Shown: in pieces, positions 18,353 through 28,745 of the stretch
Numbering within the stretch: position 1 is the stretch's first letter
Layout: every line of letters starts with the position of its first letter
Assembly (NCBI GenBank): GCA_033854735.1
Contig: JAWWPY010000024.1
Span: forward strand, 9,042-73,041
DNA length: 64,000 nt
Direction: 5' to 3'
From: Streptosporangiaceae bacterium
GTDB taxonomy: Bacteria > Actinomycetota > Actinomycetes > Streptosporangiales > Streptosporangiaceae
Notes under the pieces: generated by a model
The model's input: only the letters and a program-made list of their open reading frames with translations
Database searches by the model: none
What the model was told of the DNA's origin: nothing
Program-made: the position numbers and the translations under genes

Positions 18353-18368
18353 AGGTAAGCGCTTACCA
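18353..18368. promoter_or_regulatory. second LacI-type operator AGGTAAGCGCTTACCA (14-bp perfect core)
   Basis: Same GGTAAGCGCTTACC core, centred 66 bp from the first copy. Confidence 0.55.
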
Positions 18369-18699
18369 AGCGAGATGTGGGGAGCGTATTTCGTCCTGGT
18401 ACGGGACTCAAGGCCTCGGGCTCACTGTTACGGGAACGTGACAGAAGTCCTAACCCGGCGGGTTGCCGACGGCCCGGCTGGTAGACGGTCACCCGCCCCC
18501 GCCCGCCCGGTCTGGTGCCGCGCCGGGCAGATGTCCCACTGGCGACGGGACTTTCGGCGGCCGGCGCACCCCGGCGGATGGCCGGTTCCCTGGTCCCTGG
18601 GGACCCACTGGGACCAGGCAGCACGCGGGGCGGAGGGCGGCTCGATCCGGCCGATCCCGCCCAAAACCCCCGTATTGAGGGCCCAGTTTCGGTCGCGCC

Positions 18700-18793
18700 G
18701 AAACAGGGCAGAAACGTGAATGGCCGGAGGTCCTGCTCCGTTGTCCACGGCGTAACAGTTGGGAAACGTGTCCGAAACCCGCCCATGGGAAAC
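18700..18793 (+). promoter_or_regulatory. GlnR-box-like array of GAAAC/GTAAC pentamers with 11-bp phasing
   Basis: GAAAC at 18700 and 18711. GTAAC at 18752, then GAAAC at 18763, 18774 and 18789. GTAAC-n6-GAAAC matches the published actinomycete GlnR half-box pattern gTnAc-n6-GaAAc. The array lies about 120-210 nt upstream of the amt ORF. Confidence 0.4.
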
Positions 18794-18910
18794 ATGAAGC
18801 GTTCTAGACGGACACCGAAGTGGCCGGCCGGATATTGCTAGCCCGGGGGGGACCCCGGATCAACGGCGCTGTGCTAGCCCGGGACAGGTTTCACTGGCTC
18901 TCCCGAGCCG

Positions 18911-20377
18911 GTGGGCCGGGACCGGAACCCCCCGGCAAGCCCTTCCAGGGTAGCCCCATGGAGGCGGAGAGCAGTGGTTCCCTATCCGAGTTGGCTGAAC
19001 GCCGGGGATACGTCCTGGCAGTTGACAGCCGCAACGCTTGTCGGCCTCATGAGCCTGCCGGGCCTCGCCGTGCTGTACGGGGGCCTGGTACAGCGCAAGT
19101 GGGCCGTGAACACGATGATGATGGCATTCAGCGGTTTCGCGATGGTCCTCATCGTCTGGGTGCTGTGGGTCTTCAAGATGGGCTTCGGGCAGCCGTGGAT
19201 CGGCCAGTTCGTCGGCAAGCCCAACACAGTGGTGGGAGCCTTCAACGAGCAGGGACAGGCGCACATCCCCCTGGTCAGTGGGGCCGGGTTCATGCCCAAA
19301 TTCCACTTCTCGCAGGCAGCGCTCGTGTACTTCCAGTTCGTGTTCGCGGCCATCACGCCGCTGCTGTTCCTCGGCAGCGTCATTGGCCGGATCAGCTTCA
19401 AGGTATGGATCATCTTCGTCCCGCTCTGGTCCACGTTCGCCTATTCCGTGAACGCGTTCCTGCTGTGGGGCGGCGGCTACTGGGCGCAGAAGGGCGCGCT
19501 CGACTTCAGTGGCGGCTACGTGATCCACCTGGCCGCTGGTGTCTCCGGCTTTGTGGCCGCGGCGGTCATCGGGCCCCGGCTGAAGCGGGACCGTGACCAC
19601 GGTGTGCCGAACAACTTGCTGCTGTGCTCGGTGGGCGCGGGCATCCTGTGGCTCGGCTGGAACGGGTTCAACGGCGGTGACCCGTACTTCGCGTCGGCGG
19701 ACGCGGCGGCGGCCGTGCTCAACACCAACCTCGCCACCGCGGTGGCCATGATGACCTGGATCATCCTGGACATGGTGGGGACGAAGGAGAAGAAGCCGAC
19801 CTTCCTCGGTGGTATCAACGGCATGATCGTCGGCTTGGTCGGCATCACGCCCGCGGCTGGTTACGTGAATGGCGTGGGGGCCATCGTCATCGGCCTGGCT
19901 GGGTCGACAATCGTCTGGCTCGCCTGGAACTACCTGAGCAAGGTGCCGCCGTTCAACAAGGTGGACGACACCCTCGGCGTGGTGTACACGCACGGCATCG
20001 CCGGGCTCGCAGGGGGCCTGATGGTCGGCCTGCTCGCCGACCCGAAGATGATCGTCTACCTCGGCGTAGGGAAGAGCTCGGGATTCACGACGGCGGGCCT
20101 TTTCTACGGGCACCCGAAGCAGCTTCTCATCCAGGCCGAGGCGGCGCTCACGGTCATCGTCTGGGACGCCCTGGTGACGTTCATCCTCTTGAAACTCATC
20201 AGCATCTTCATGAAGCTGCGGATGCCGGACGAGGTTCTCGAGCTCGGCGACGTAGCGGCCCACGGCGAGGTCGTCTACCCGGAGGAATCGCTCGTCGGGG
20301 TCGGTGCGACCGTTCCCGCTGCCGTGCCTTCTGGGGCCGCCAGAGAAGGGGAGCCGCTCACGCACAGCGACGGCTAG
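18911..20377 (+). CDS. amt: ammonium transporter (Amt family)
   Basis: GDTSWQLTAATLVGLMSLPGLAVLYGGLV, FAAITPLL, DFSGGYVIHLAAG and GFNGG motifs. The true start may be internal (e.g. the GTG near 18974). Confidence 0.9.
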   Translation: MGRDRNPPASPSRVAPWRRRAVVPYPSWLNAGDTSWQLTAATLVGLMSLPGLAVLYGGLVQRKWAVNTMMMAFSGFAMVLIVWVLWVFKMGFGQPWIGQFVGKPNTVVGAFNEQGQAHIPLVSGAGFMPKFHFSQAALVYFQFVFAAITPLLFLGSVIGRISFKVWIIFVPLWSTFAYSVNAFLLWGGGYWAQKGALDFSGGYVIHLAAGVSGFVAAAVIGPRLKRDRDHGVPNNLLLCSVGAGILWLGWNGFNGGDPYFASADAAAAVLNTNLATAVAMMTWIILDMVGTKEKKPTFLGGINGMIVGLVGITPAAGYVNGVGAIVIGLAGSTIVWLAWNYLSKVPPFNKVDDTLGVVYTHGIAGLAGGLMVGLLADPKMIVYLGVGKSSGFTTAGLFYGHPKQLLIQAEAALTVIVWDALVTFILLKLISIFMKLRMPDEVLELGDVAAHGEVVYPEESLVGVGATVPAAVPSGAAREGEPLTHSDG

Positions 20378-20395
20378 CTCAGCCGCCAGCCACTA

Positions 20396-20440
20396 CTGCG
20401 TCCGGCGGCCTTCCCATCCAGGGAAGGCCGCCGGACGCAG
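20396..20440. terminator. 20-bp perfect stem / 5-nt loop hairpin between convergent genes
   Basis: CTGCGTCCGGCGGCCTTCCC-atcca-GGGAAGGCCGCCGGACGCAG, 19 nt after the amt stop and 18 nt after the TPP-enzyme stop. No U-tract. Confidence 0.7.
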
Positions 20441-20457
20441 TCACGCCCCGTCCGGGC

Positions 20458-22098
20458 TCAGTGGCCCCGGAAGGCCTCCTCGAGCCACCAGGAGCCGTGC
20501 GCCGAGGTGATCTTCGCGTCAATCACCAGCGGACGTTCCCTCGGCCCGTCCAGCCAGGCCCGCAGCGCGCTGAGGTCGCCCAGGCCGCGTACGGCCGCCG
20601 CCTCGCAGCCGAACCCACGCCCGATGGCGGCGATGTCCGCAGGCGGGAACCGGACGCTGTCCAGCGGGTGCCCGCCGGGGCCGAAGTGGTGCACCTCGGC
20701 CCCGTATGCCTCGTCGTCGTACACGACGATCACCATCGGCAGGCTGAGCCGCACGGCCGTCTCCAGCTCGCTGACGCCCATCAGCGCACCGCCGTCGCCG
20801 AGCGCGGCGACCGTCAGCCGGTCCGGGCGGGCGATCGCGGCGCCGATCGCGGACGCCAGGCCGAGGCCGATGGACTGGTAGGCCTGTGTGAAGCAGAACC
20901 CGTCCGCGTCCGGCACTGACAGGTACATGCTCGGGTAGCCCATGAAGTTTCCCGAGTCAATCGCGACGATCCGCTCCTGCGGCAGCGTGTCGTCCAGCGC
21001 GATCGTGAGCGTGCGCGGGTCGATCCGGCCGCCGTCGCCCTCATCGGCATAGGGGACGTCACGCCACCGCACCTCCCGGCCGATCCGGGCCCGCAGCTCA
21101 TCGCTCCGGTAGCCGGCGGCGATGCGGCTCCCCAGGGCGGCGAGCACCGCGCGGGCGGTTTCGGCTACGTCGCCGAGCACGCCGAGGTGCACCGGCCGGT
21201 TCGCGCCGATCGCGGCGGCGTCGTCGTCGACCTGCGCGACCGTGGCCTCCGGGCCGACCAGGCGGCCATGGCGCATCGTCCACATGTTGAGCGAGCAGCC
21301 CCAGCCGACGATCAGGTCCGCGCTGCTGATCAACTCCGCCGTGAGCGGGGATGCGAAGCCGCCGCTCACGTCCAGGTCCCACGGGCTGCCCCGGAACAGC
21401 CCCTTGGCCGCGGCGGACGTGGCGAGCAGCGCGCCGCAGGCGTCGGCGAGGCGCCTGAGGTCGCCGCTGGCCCCGGCTACCCGCGCACCGCGGCCGGCCA
21501 CGAAGACCGGGCGGCGGGCCGCTGTCAGCGCCGCCGCCAGCGCCGAGGCCGCCTCAGCCGCGGGCGCCGGCGGGAGCAGCGGTGGCAGCGCCGCGAGCGA
21601 AGGCGGGTCGCACGATGCCGCCTGCACGTCGAGCGGCATGGCCAGCACGACGGTCCGCCGCTCCCGCTGCGCGGTCTGGTAGGCCCGGGCCGTGTCGGCG
21701 GCCGCCGACACGGGGGAGTGCAGCCGTTCCGCGACCGCTCCCACCGCCGCGGCGATCGAGGCTACATCGATGCGGAAGTTGGACCGCACCGCCGATCCAG
21801 CCGCGTCCGCGGCGAGCACGACCAGCGGCGTGCGGCTCTTGGCCGCCTCGGTGATGCCGGTGAGCGCGTTGGTCAGCCCGGGACCCTGGTGCACGGAGAG
21901 CAGCCCTGGCCGGCCCGACGTCCGCGCCCAGGCATCAGCCATGCAGGCCGCCCCGCCCTCGTGCCGCGCGGCGTAGAACCGGGCGCCCCGGCTGGTCAGC
22001 GCGTTGGTGACGTGGAAGTTCCCGCTGCCGACGACGCCGAACACGGTGTCCGCGCCGAAGCCGGTGAGCACGGCCCCGATGGCGTCGCTGACCAGCAT
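20458..22098 (-). CDS. thiamine-pyrophosphate-binding enzyme (acetolactate synthase large-subunit-like)
   Basis: Start ATG 22098 (MLVSDAIGAVLTGFGADTVFGVVGSGNFHVTNAL...). TPP motif region GDGGALMGVSELETAV. Overlaps the upstream stop (TGATG). Confidence 0.8.
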   Translation of the reverse strand: MLVSDAIGAVLTGFGADTVFGVVGSGNFHVTNALTSRGARFYAARHEGGAACMADAWARTSGRPGLLSVHQGPGLTNALTGITEAAKSRTPLVVLAADAAGSAVRSNFRIDVASIAAAVGAVAERLHSPVSAAADTARAYQTAQRERRTVVLAMPLDVQAASCDPPSLAALPPLLPPAPAAEAASALAAALTAARRPVFVAGRGARVAGASGDLRRLADACGALLATSAAAKGLFRGSPWDLDVSGGFASPLTAELISSADLIVGWGCSLNMWTMRHGRLVGPEATVAQVDDDAAAIGANRPVHLGVLGDVAETARAVLAALGSRIAAGYRSDELRARIGREVRWRDVPYADEGDGGRIDPRTLTIALDDTLPQERIVAIDSGNFMGYPSMYLSVPDADGFCFTQAYQSIGLGLASAIGAAIARPDRLTVAALGDGGALMGVSELETAVRLSLPMVIVVYDDEAYGAEVHHFGPGGHPLDSVRFPPADIAAIGRGFGCEAAAVRGLGDLSALRAWLDGPRERPLVIDAKITSAHGSWWLEEAFRGH

Positions 22099-22874
22099 CA
22101 GGCCCGTTCCACGAGGCCCAGCACGCGGCTCGGGCTGCCCGACCCGCCCATGATCGGCAGCGGTCCGGCGATCACCACGGCCCCCTGGGGCGGCAGCAGG
22201 GCCAGGTTCTGCAACTGGGTGAGTCCGTACTTGCCGGCGCCGAGCAGCGCCGAGTGGCAGGGGAATGGCGGGTCGAACGAGTGCGCGGCGCCCGCGTCGG
22301 TGCCGACGGTTTCCACGCCGAGCCCGATGACCGGCGCCTCGTCCGCCAGCCACCGGGCGCACGCGACCGAGATGCCCGGCGTATGCGGCCCGGTCGCGTT
22401 CGCGTTCAGGAACTGCTCCTGATCAACGGAACGGGCGTCCCAGCCGGTCCGGTAGAGCAGCCAGCCGCCGTCTGGCAGCGGGCCGTGCTCACCCTCCCAC
22501 TGTTTGACATGCTCGATTTCGAGCAGGAAGTCGGGGTCCGCGGCGGCCTGGGCGCTGAAGTCGAGGACAGCGGCGGGCGCGATGAGCTGATCCACCGGCA
22601 CCTGCGACACGTCCGCGCCGTCCCGGCCGGTCACCCAGTGCACCGGCGCGTCGAAGTGGGTGCCGGTGTGCTCGCCGGTGCTGATGTCATTCCAGTACCA
22701 GGCCGGTCCGCGGTCGTCGTAATGGCTGATCTCGGTCAGCGAAAAGGGCACGGTATTGCCAAACGGCTCCGGCAGCTGGAGCACCGGTGTCGATTCCGAC
22801 AATGGCGCGGTGAGGTCGATGATCTCCACGCTGGCGTCGCGGATGGCCTCGGTCAGGGCCTGAAGCACGGACAT
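22098..22874 (-). CDS. cyclase family protein (kynurenine-formamidase-like, PF04199-type)
   Basis: GEHTGTHFDAPVHW matches the HxGTHxDxPxH motif. GGAGG lies 5 nt upstream of ATG 22874 (MSVLQALTEAIRD). Confidence 0.8.
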   Translation of the reverse strand: MSVLQALTEAIRDASVEIIDLTAPLSESTPVLQLPEPFGNTVPFSLTEISHYDDRGPAWYWNDISTGEHTGTHFDAPVHWVTGRDGADVSQVPVDQLIAPAAVLDFSAQAAADPDFLLEIEHVKQWEGEHGPLPDGGWLLYRTGWDARSVDQEQFLNANATGPHTPGISVACARWLADEAPVIGLGVETVGTDAGAAHSFDPPFPCHSALLGAGKYGLTQLQNLALLPPQGAVVIAGPLPIMGGSGSPSRVLGLVERA

Positions 22875-22975
22875 GGCTGCCTCCAGTCGGTGACGGCAGC
22901 TGCGCTGCTCGCCGGGGTGCCTGGTTAACGTATCGGGCACTGGTGGGGGCCCCGCCTGTGTGTTATGTTATTAAC

Positions 22976-23296
22976 ATGTCTGAGAAGAAGGCGGTGCTCA
23001 ACGTCACCGTCAGCGAGTCGCTCGCCGCCGACGTGCGGAGGGCGGCCAGGCTGGAGCACACCACGATCTCCAGTGTGGTCGAGCGGGCCCTGGCTAAACA
23101 GGTGTCTCGGGAACTCAAGCGGCTCGAGGGCCTGGCCGCCATCGACGCCTACTACCAGGAACACGGCTACCCGACCCCGGAGCAGGAGGCGGCCTCAGAG
23201 GCCCGCGTCGCGGAGGAACACCGCCTCATCGACGAGGCCCGCGCGCGTAACGCCGCCCGTGGCGGGTTTCAGGCCGACGACTGGGGCGCCGCTTGA
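22976..23296 (+). CDS. ribbon-helix-helix-type antitoxin (putative)
   Basis: 106 aa. MSEKKAVLNVTVSESLAADVRRAARLEHTTISSVVERALAKQ is a beta-strand/helix RHH-like N-terminus. The stop overlaps the TTG start of the PIN gene (TTGA). Confidence 0.6.
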   Translation: MSEKKAVLNVTVSESLAADVRRAARLEHTTISSVVERALAKQVSRELKRLEGLAAIDAYYQEHGYPTPEQEAASEARVAEEHRLIDEARARNAARGGFQADDWGAA

Positions 23297-23679
23297 GTGA
23301 CTACGTGTACGACAGCGGGGCTCTCATTGCTATCGACAGCCGGGGCAACGTCGAGGAACTCAACGACCATAAGAAGCGGCTTGCTCAGGGAGATCTCATC
23401 CTTGTGCCGGCGCCGGTGGCGGCCCAGGTGGTCCGGGATCCGCGGCGGCAGGCACGGCTGATGATTACCCTCCGGGGCTGCGAGATCGTCCCGTTTGAGG
23501 AGAATGACGTATCCCCGGTTGGCCAGCTGCTAGCTAGATCTGGCACGTCCGACGTGGTAGACGGCTTCGTGGCCCTCACCGCAGTGAAAGAGGGCGCCGC
23601 CGTCGTCACCTCGGACCCGGACGACATCGCGCACCTGCTGGGCACGCTAGGCGTCCGCCTGCCAGTCCTCAGGCCCTGA
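23293..23679 (+). CDS. PIN-domain toxin (VapC-like)
   Basis: 128 aa. Acidic residues sit at PIN-typical positions (YVYDSGAL, DVVDGFVALTA, VVTSDPDD). Confidence 0.65.
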   Translation: MSDYVYDSGALIAIDSRGNVEELNDHKKRLAQGDLILVPAPVAAQVVRDPRRQARLMITLRGCEIVPFEENDVSPVGQLLARSGTSDVVDGFVALTAVKEGAAVVTSDPDDIAHLLGTLGVRLPVLRP

Positions 23680-23727
23680 TCTGCGAGGTTGGCCGCGACC
23701 AGTGGACCAGCACCAGGTGCTGGCCGT

Positions 23728-24600
23728 CTACAGGCTGGCGACGGCGGGGATTACCTCTGTGCCGATTACTTCGAGCGGGGTGACCTGCCAGACGTTGGCG
23801 ACCGCGCCGATCGCCGCCTGGAAGCCCATCGCGGCCAGGTTGCCCAGCTGGTCGACCATCTCGGCGGCTTTTTCGCCCTTCTCCCCGGGGTCGAAGATGA
23901 AGTAGCAGGTCTTCTCGATCTCGTCGTAGTCGCGGCCCTCCGTGTCGCAGTGTGCGCGGAGCACGTCGAGCTTGCGGGTCAGGTCCGGGCCGGGGAACAG
24001 GTTGCACGCCTGCGCGTACCGGGCCACGAACCGCAGCGTCTTCTTCTCGCCCGAGCCGCCGATCATGATCGGCGGATGCGGCTGGGACAGGGCCTGCGGC
24101 GAGTTGAGCGGCCGCTCGAGCTGGTAATGCTGGCCCTGGTACGGCGTCTCGTCCCCGCGCCACATCTGCAGGCAGATCTGCAGCGTCTCCTCCAGCCGCT
24201 CGAACCGCTCCGCGACCGGCGGGAACGGGATGCCCAGCCCGCGGGACTCCTCGCCGTTCCAGGCCGCCCCGATGCCGAGCCAGGCCCGGCCGCCGGAGAG
24301 CACGTCGAGGGTGGTCACGATCTTCGCCAGGATCCCGGGATGCCGGTACACCACGCCAGTCACCAGGGTGACCAGCGTGGCCCGGGACGTGCAGGCGGCC
24401 AGGTACCCGAGCGTGGTGTAGGCCTCCAGCATCTCGTGCTCGGGTGGCCCGATCGCGCCGATCTGGAAGAAGTGGTCCATCACCGCGATGAAGTCGAAAC
24501 CGGCGTCGTCCGCGGTGCGCGCGACAGTGGCCAGGTCCGCCCCGAGCCGGGCTGGTCCACCCGGCGTGGTGAAGTCAGGGATCTGCAGTCCGATCTTCAC
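23728..24600 (-). CDS. LLM-class (luciferase-like) oxidoreductase, probably F420-dependent
   Basis: MKIGLQIPDFTTPGGPARLGADLATVARTADDAGFDFIAVMDHFFQ...GRAWLGIGAAWNGEESRGLGIPFP is the typical TIGR03560-type sequence as I recall it. Confidence 0.8.
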   Translation of the reverse strand: MKIGLQIPDFTTPGGPARLGADLATVARTADDAGFDFIAVMDHFFQIGAIGPPEHEMLEAYTTLGYLAACTSRATLVTLVTGVVYRHPGILAKIVTTLDVLSGGRAWLGIGAAWNGEESRGLGIPFPPVAERFERLEETLQICLQMWRGDETPYQGQHYQLERPLNSPQALSQPHPPIMIGGSGEKKTLRFVARYAQACNLFPGPDLTRKLDVLRAHCDTEGRDYDEIEKTCYFIFDPGEKGEKAAEMVDQLGNLAAMGFQAAIGAVANVWQVTPLEVIGTEVIPAVASL

Positions 24601-24721
24601 GAGTTACCTCCCGGGGAGAGGCTCTCACAGGTCGGTGCGCGGAGTCAGGCCGGCGTCCGGTCATGTTACCCGCAAAGGCCGGCCCGGGCGTTCCGGTCGG
24701 ACACACGCGCAGAATGGGGGT

Positions 24722-25531
24722 ATGAGCCTACCGGTTGTGAAGGCATTGACCCTGGTGACCAGCGACGGCGTGCCGATCGATGCCGCGCACCTGCCAGGCG
24801 ACACTGACCTCGCGGTCGTCCTGGCCCATGGCTTCACGCTGTCCTGGCAGCGGCCGGCCATCTGGCGGGTGGCCACCAGGCTCAACATGGTCGGCGGTGT
24901 GGTCATCTTCGACTTCCGCGGCCACGGCCGGTCCGGTGGGCTGTCCACGATGGGTGACCGGGAAATCAAGGACCTGGATGTCGCGGTGGCCTACGCCCGC
25001 GAACTGGGCTACCGGCGGATCGTCACCGTCGGCTTCTCCATGGGGGCGTCGATCGCCGTGCGGCACGCCGGGATCATCGGCGGCGTTGACGCCGTCGTCT
25101 CGGTGAGCGGCCCGGGGTGGTGGTACTACCGGGGCACCAAGCCGATGCGCAGGGTGCACTGGGCGGTGGAGCGCCGGGTGGGCCGCCTGGTCACCAGGAC
25201 CTGGCTGAAAACGCGGGTGAGCCCGGTCCGCTGGGACCCGGACCCGCTTCCGCCGGCCGAGGCGGCCGCGCGGATCGCGCCGGTCCCGCTGCTGATAGTG
25301 CACGGCGACCAGGATCTCTACTTCCCTCCCGACCATGCCCAGCAGCTCTACGACGCGGCGCGTGAGCCGAAGGAGCTGTGGATCGTCCCCGGTTTCGGCC
25401 ATGCCGAGACCGGGATGAATGCCGCCCTGCTGGACCGGATCGGGCAGTGGATCCGGGAGAAGTCAGGAGCCGGGACGGAGCCGGCGGATTCCCATGAGGC
25501 GGGCCTGGACCCCGCGTCCAAGATCGGCTAG
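24722..25531 (+). CDS. alpha/beta hydrolase
   Basis: Start ATG 24722 (MSLPVVKALTLV). HGF oxyanion region, GFSMGAS nucleophile elbow, HGDQD, GFGH. Confidence 0.8.
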   Translation: MSLPVVKALTLVTSDGVPIDAAHLPGDTDLAVVLAHGFTLSWQRPAIWRVATRLNMVGGVVIFDFRGHGRSGGLSTMGDREIKDLDVAVAYARELGYRRIVTVGFSMGASIAVRHAGIIGGVDAVVSVSGPGWWYYRGTKPMRRVHWAVERRVGRLVTRTWLKTRVSPVRWDPDPLPPAEAAARIAPVPLLIVHGDQDLYFPPDHAQQLYDAAREPKELWIVPGFGHAETGMNAALLDRIGQWIREKSGAGTEPADSHEAGLDPASKIG

Positions 25532-25566
25532 ATGCCGCCTGGCCCGGTGGCCGGCCGCAGCGCTGC

Positions 25567-27030
<1,464 letters not shown>

Positions 27031-27102
27031 CTACCTGGTCACCCGGGCCGGTCGCGGCGGGCTGGCCACCCTGGCCGGGCCCCCTGGCCGGGCACCTGGC
27101 GG

Positions 27103-28716
27103 TCACTGCTCCGCGCCGTCCTCGGTGAGGTCCCGCTGCTCCCTGGCCAGCATGGCCTCCTCCAGGTCCAGGCCGCGCAGCACGTGGTCGAGCACCTCGT
27201 CGTCGATCTTGCGCTCGTCCCTGAGCCGGATGAACGTGGCCCGCTCGGTGGTGGTCATCTCACGGCGGAGCCGCCGGAACGCGGCCGACGGAGCTTCCGC
27301 GCCGTCCGGCCCGCGACCGTCGCTGACCCTCTCCCAGGCGCCGAACTGCCGGTACTGCGCCAGCCGCCGCAGCCGGTCGACGATCTCGGGAGGCGCCGTG
27401 CCAGTGAGCTCATCGAGGCGCTGCAGGCCCGCTGCTGAGGCGGCCTGCTGCGCCGCTGCCTCGGCGAGAACGTCGGATTGCTGCTCCGCCGCCCCCGCCG
27501 TGACGCCCAGCCACCGGATAAGCAACGGCAGGCTGAGCCCCTGAACGAGCAGCGTGCCGAGCACCGCGGCGAACGTCAGGAAGATCAGCAGGCTGCGCTC
27601 GGGCACCGTGGCGGGCAGTGCCGCGGCGGCGGCCAGCGAGATGACCCCGCGCATCCCAGCCCAGGACAGGATGGCGGTGGCCTGCCACGGTGGTGACGGG
27701 TCACGCGCCGCGAGCCCGGGGACGAGCCATCGCGGGAAATAGATCGCCGGAAACACCCACACGATGCGGGCCAGCACCACGGCGCCGAGCACGATCACTG
27801 CCTCAACGGCCAGGCGGCCCGGGTCGCGCCCGGCCAGTTCCCTGATGATCGGCCTCAGCTGGAGGCCGATCAGCGCGAACGCCACCGACTCGAGCACGAA
27901 CGTGGCCACCCGCCAGACCGCCATGTCCTGCAGCCGGGTGGCGAAATGCGCCTGGCCGGCGTGGTGGCCCAGGTAGATCCCGGCCACCACGACCGCGAGG
28001 ATCCCGGACACGTGCAGCGACTCCGCCGCCAGGTAGGCGGCGAACGGTGCCACGAGCGACAGGGCGCTTTCCGCGAGCGGATCGCGCAGCCGCATCCGCA
28101 CGATGTGGATGACGATGCCGAGGACGATGCCCACGGCCACCCCGCCCGCGCCGATGGCCAGGAAGCTGCCCGTGGCGCTGAGCAGGGCGAGGGTGCCGGT
28201 CCCCGCCGCCGCGCTGACGGCGACCGTGTACACGGTGAGCGCCGTGCCGTCGTTCAGCATGCTCTCGCCCGTGATGACCGTCAGCAGCCGGCGGGGCAGG
28301 TGCAGCCGGCGGCCGATGCTGGCCGCGGACACAGCGTCGGTGGGCGCGAGGATCGCCCCCAGAGTCACCGCCGCGGCCAGGGGCAGCCCGGGGACGGCGA
28401 GGCGGACGGCCCACGCGACAACGGCCGCGGTGAACAGCACGAGGCCGACGGAGAGCAGGGTGAGCGACCGGACGCTGTCGCGCAGGTTCAGGTACGAGCT
28501 CTCCAGCGCCGCCGTGTACACCAGCGGCGGCAGGACCCCGAGCAGGACGAAGGTCGGGCTGAGCCGGAACTCCGGCATGCCGGGGATGTAGGACGCGGCC
28601 AGCCCGGCGACGACCAGCAGAATTGGCGCGGCGAAGTTGAGCCGCCGGGCCAGGGCGGCGATGGCGCAGGATCCCGCGATGAGGAAGAGCAGCTCCAGCG
28701 CCTGCGTCGCGTTCAT
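27103..28716 (-). CDS. Na+/H+ antiporter (CPA1 family)
   Basis: 537 aa with about 12 hydrophobic segments. TDAVSA and ESMLNDGTAL motifs, plus a cytoplasmic C-terminal tail. Confidence 0.85.
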   Translation of the reverse strand: MNATQALELLFLIAGSCAIAALARRLNFAAPILLVVAGLAASYIPGMPEFRLSPTFVLLGVLPPLVYTAALESSYLNLRDSVRSLTLLSVGLVLFTAAVVAWAVRLAVPGLPLAAAVTLGAILAPTDAVSAASIGRRLHLPRRLLTVITGESMLNDGTALTVYTVAVSAAAGTGTLALLSATGSFLAIGAGGVAVGIVLGIVIHIVRMRLRDPLAESALSLVAPFAAYLAAESLHVSGILAVVVAGIYLGHHAGQAHFATRLQDMAVWRVATFVLESVAFALIGLQLRPIIRELAGRDPGRLAVEAVIVLGAVVLARIVWVFPAIYFPRWLVPGLAARDPSPPWQATAILSWAGMRGVISLAAAAALPATVPERSLLIFLTFAAVLGTLLVQGLSLPLLIRWLGVTAGAAEQQSDVLAEAAAQQAASAAGLQRLDELTGTAPPEIVDRLRRLAQYRQFGAWERVSDGRGPDGAEAPSAAFRRLRREMTTTERATFIRLRDERKIDDEVLDHVLRGLDLEEAMLAREQRDLTEDGAEQ

Positions 28717-28745
28717 GGTGGACCCCCCCTGTCCGCCTGGGGCGG

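Noticed and set aside
18860-20365. 501-aa minus-strand ORF opposite the ammonium transporter
   Set aside because: Highly charged Arg/Asp/His/Pro sequence. The plus strand encodes an unmistakable Amt protein.
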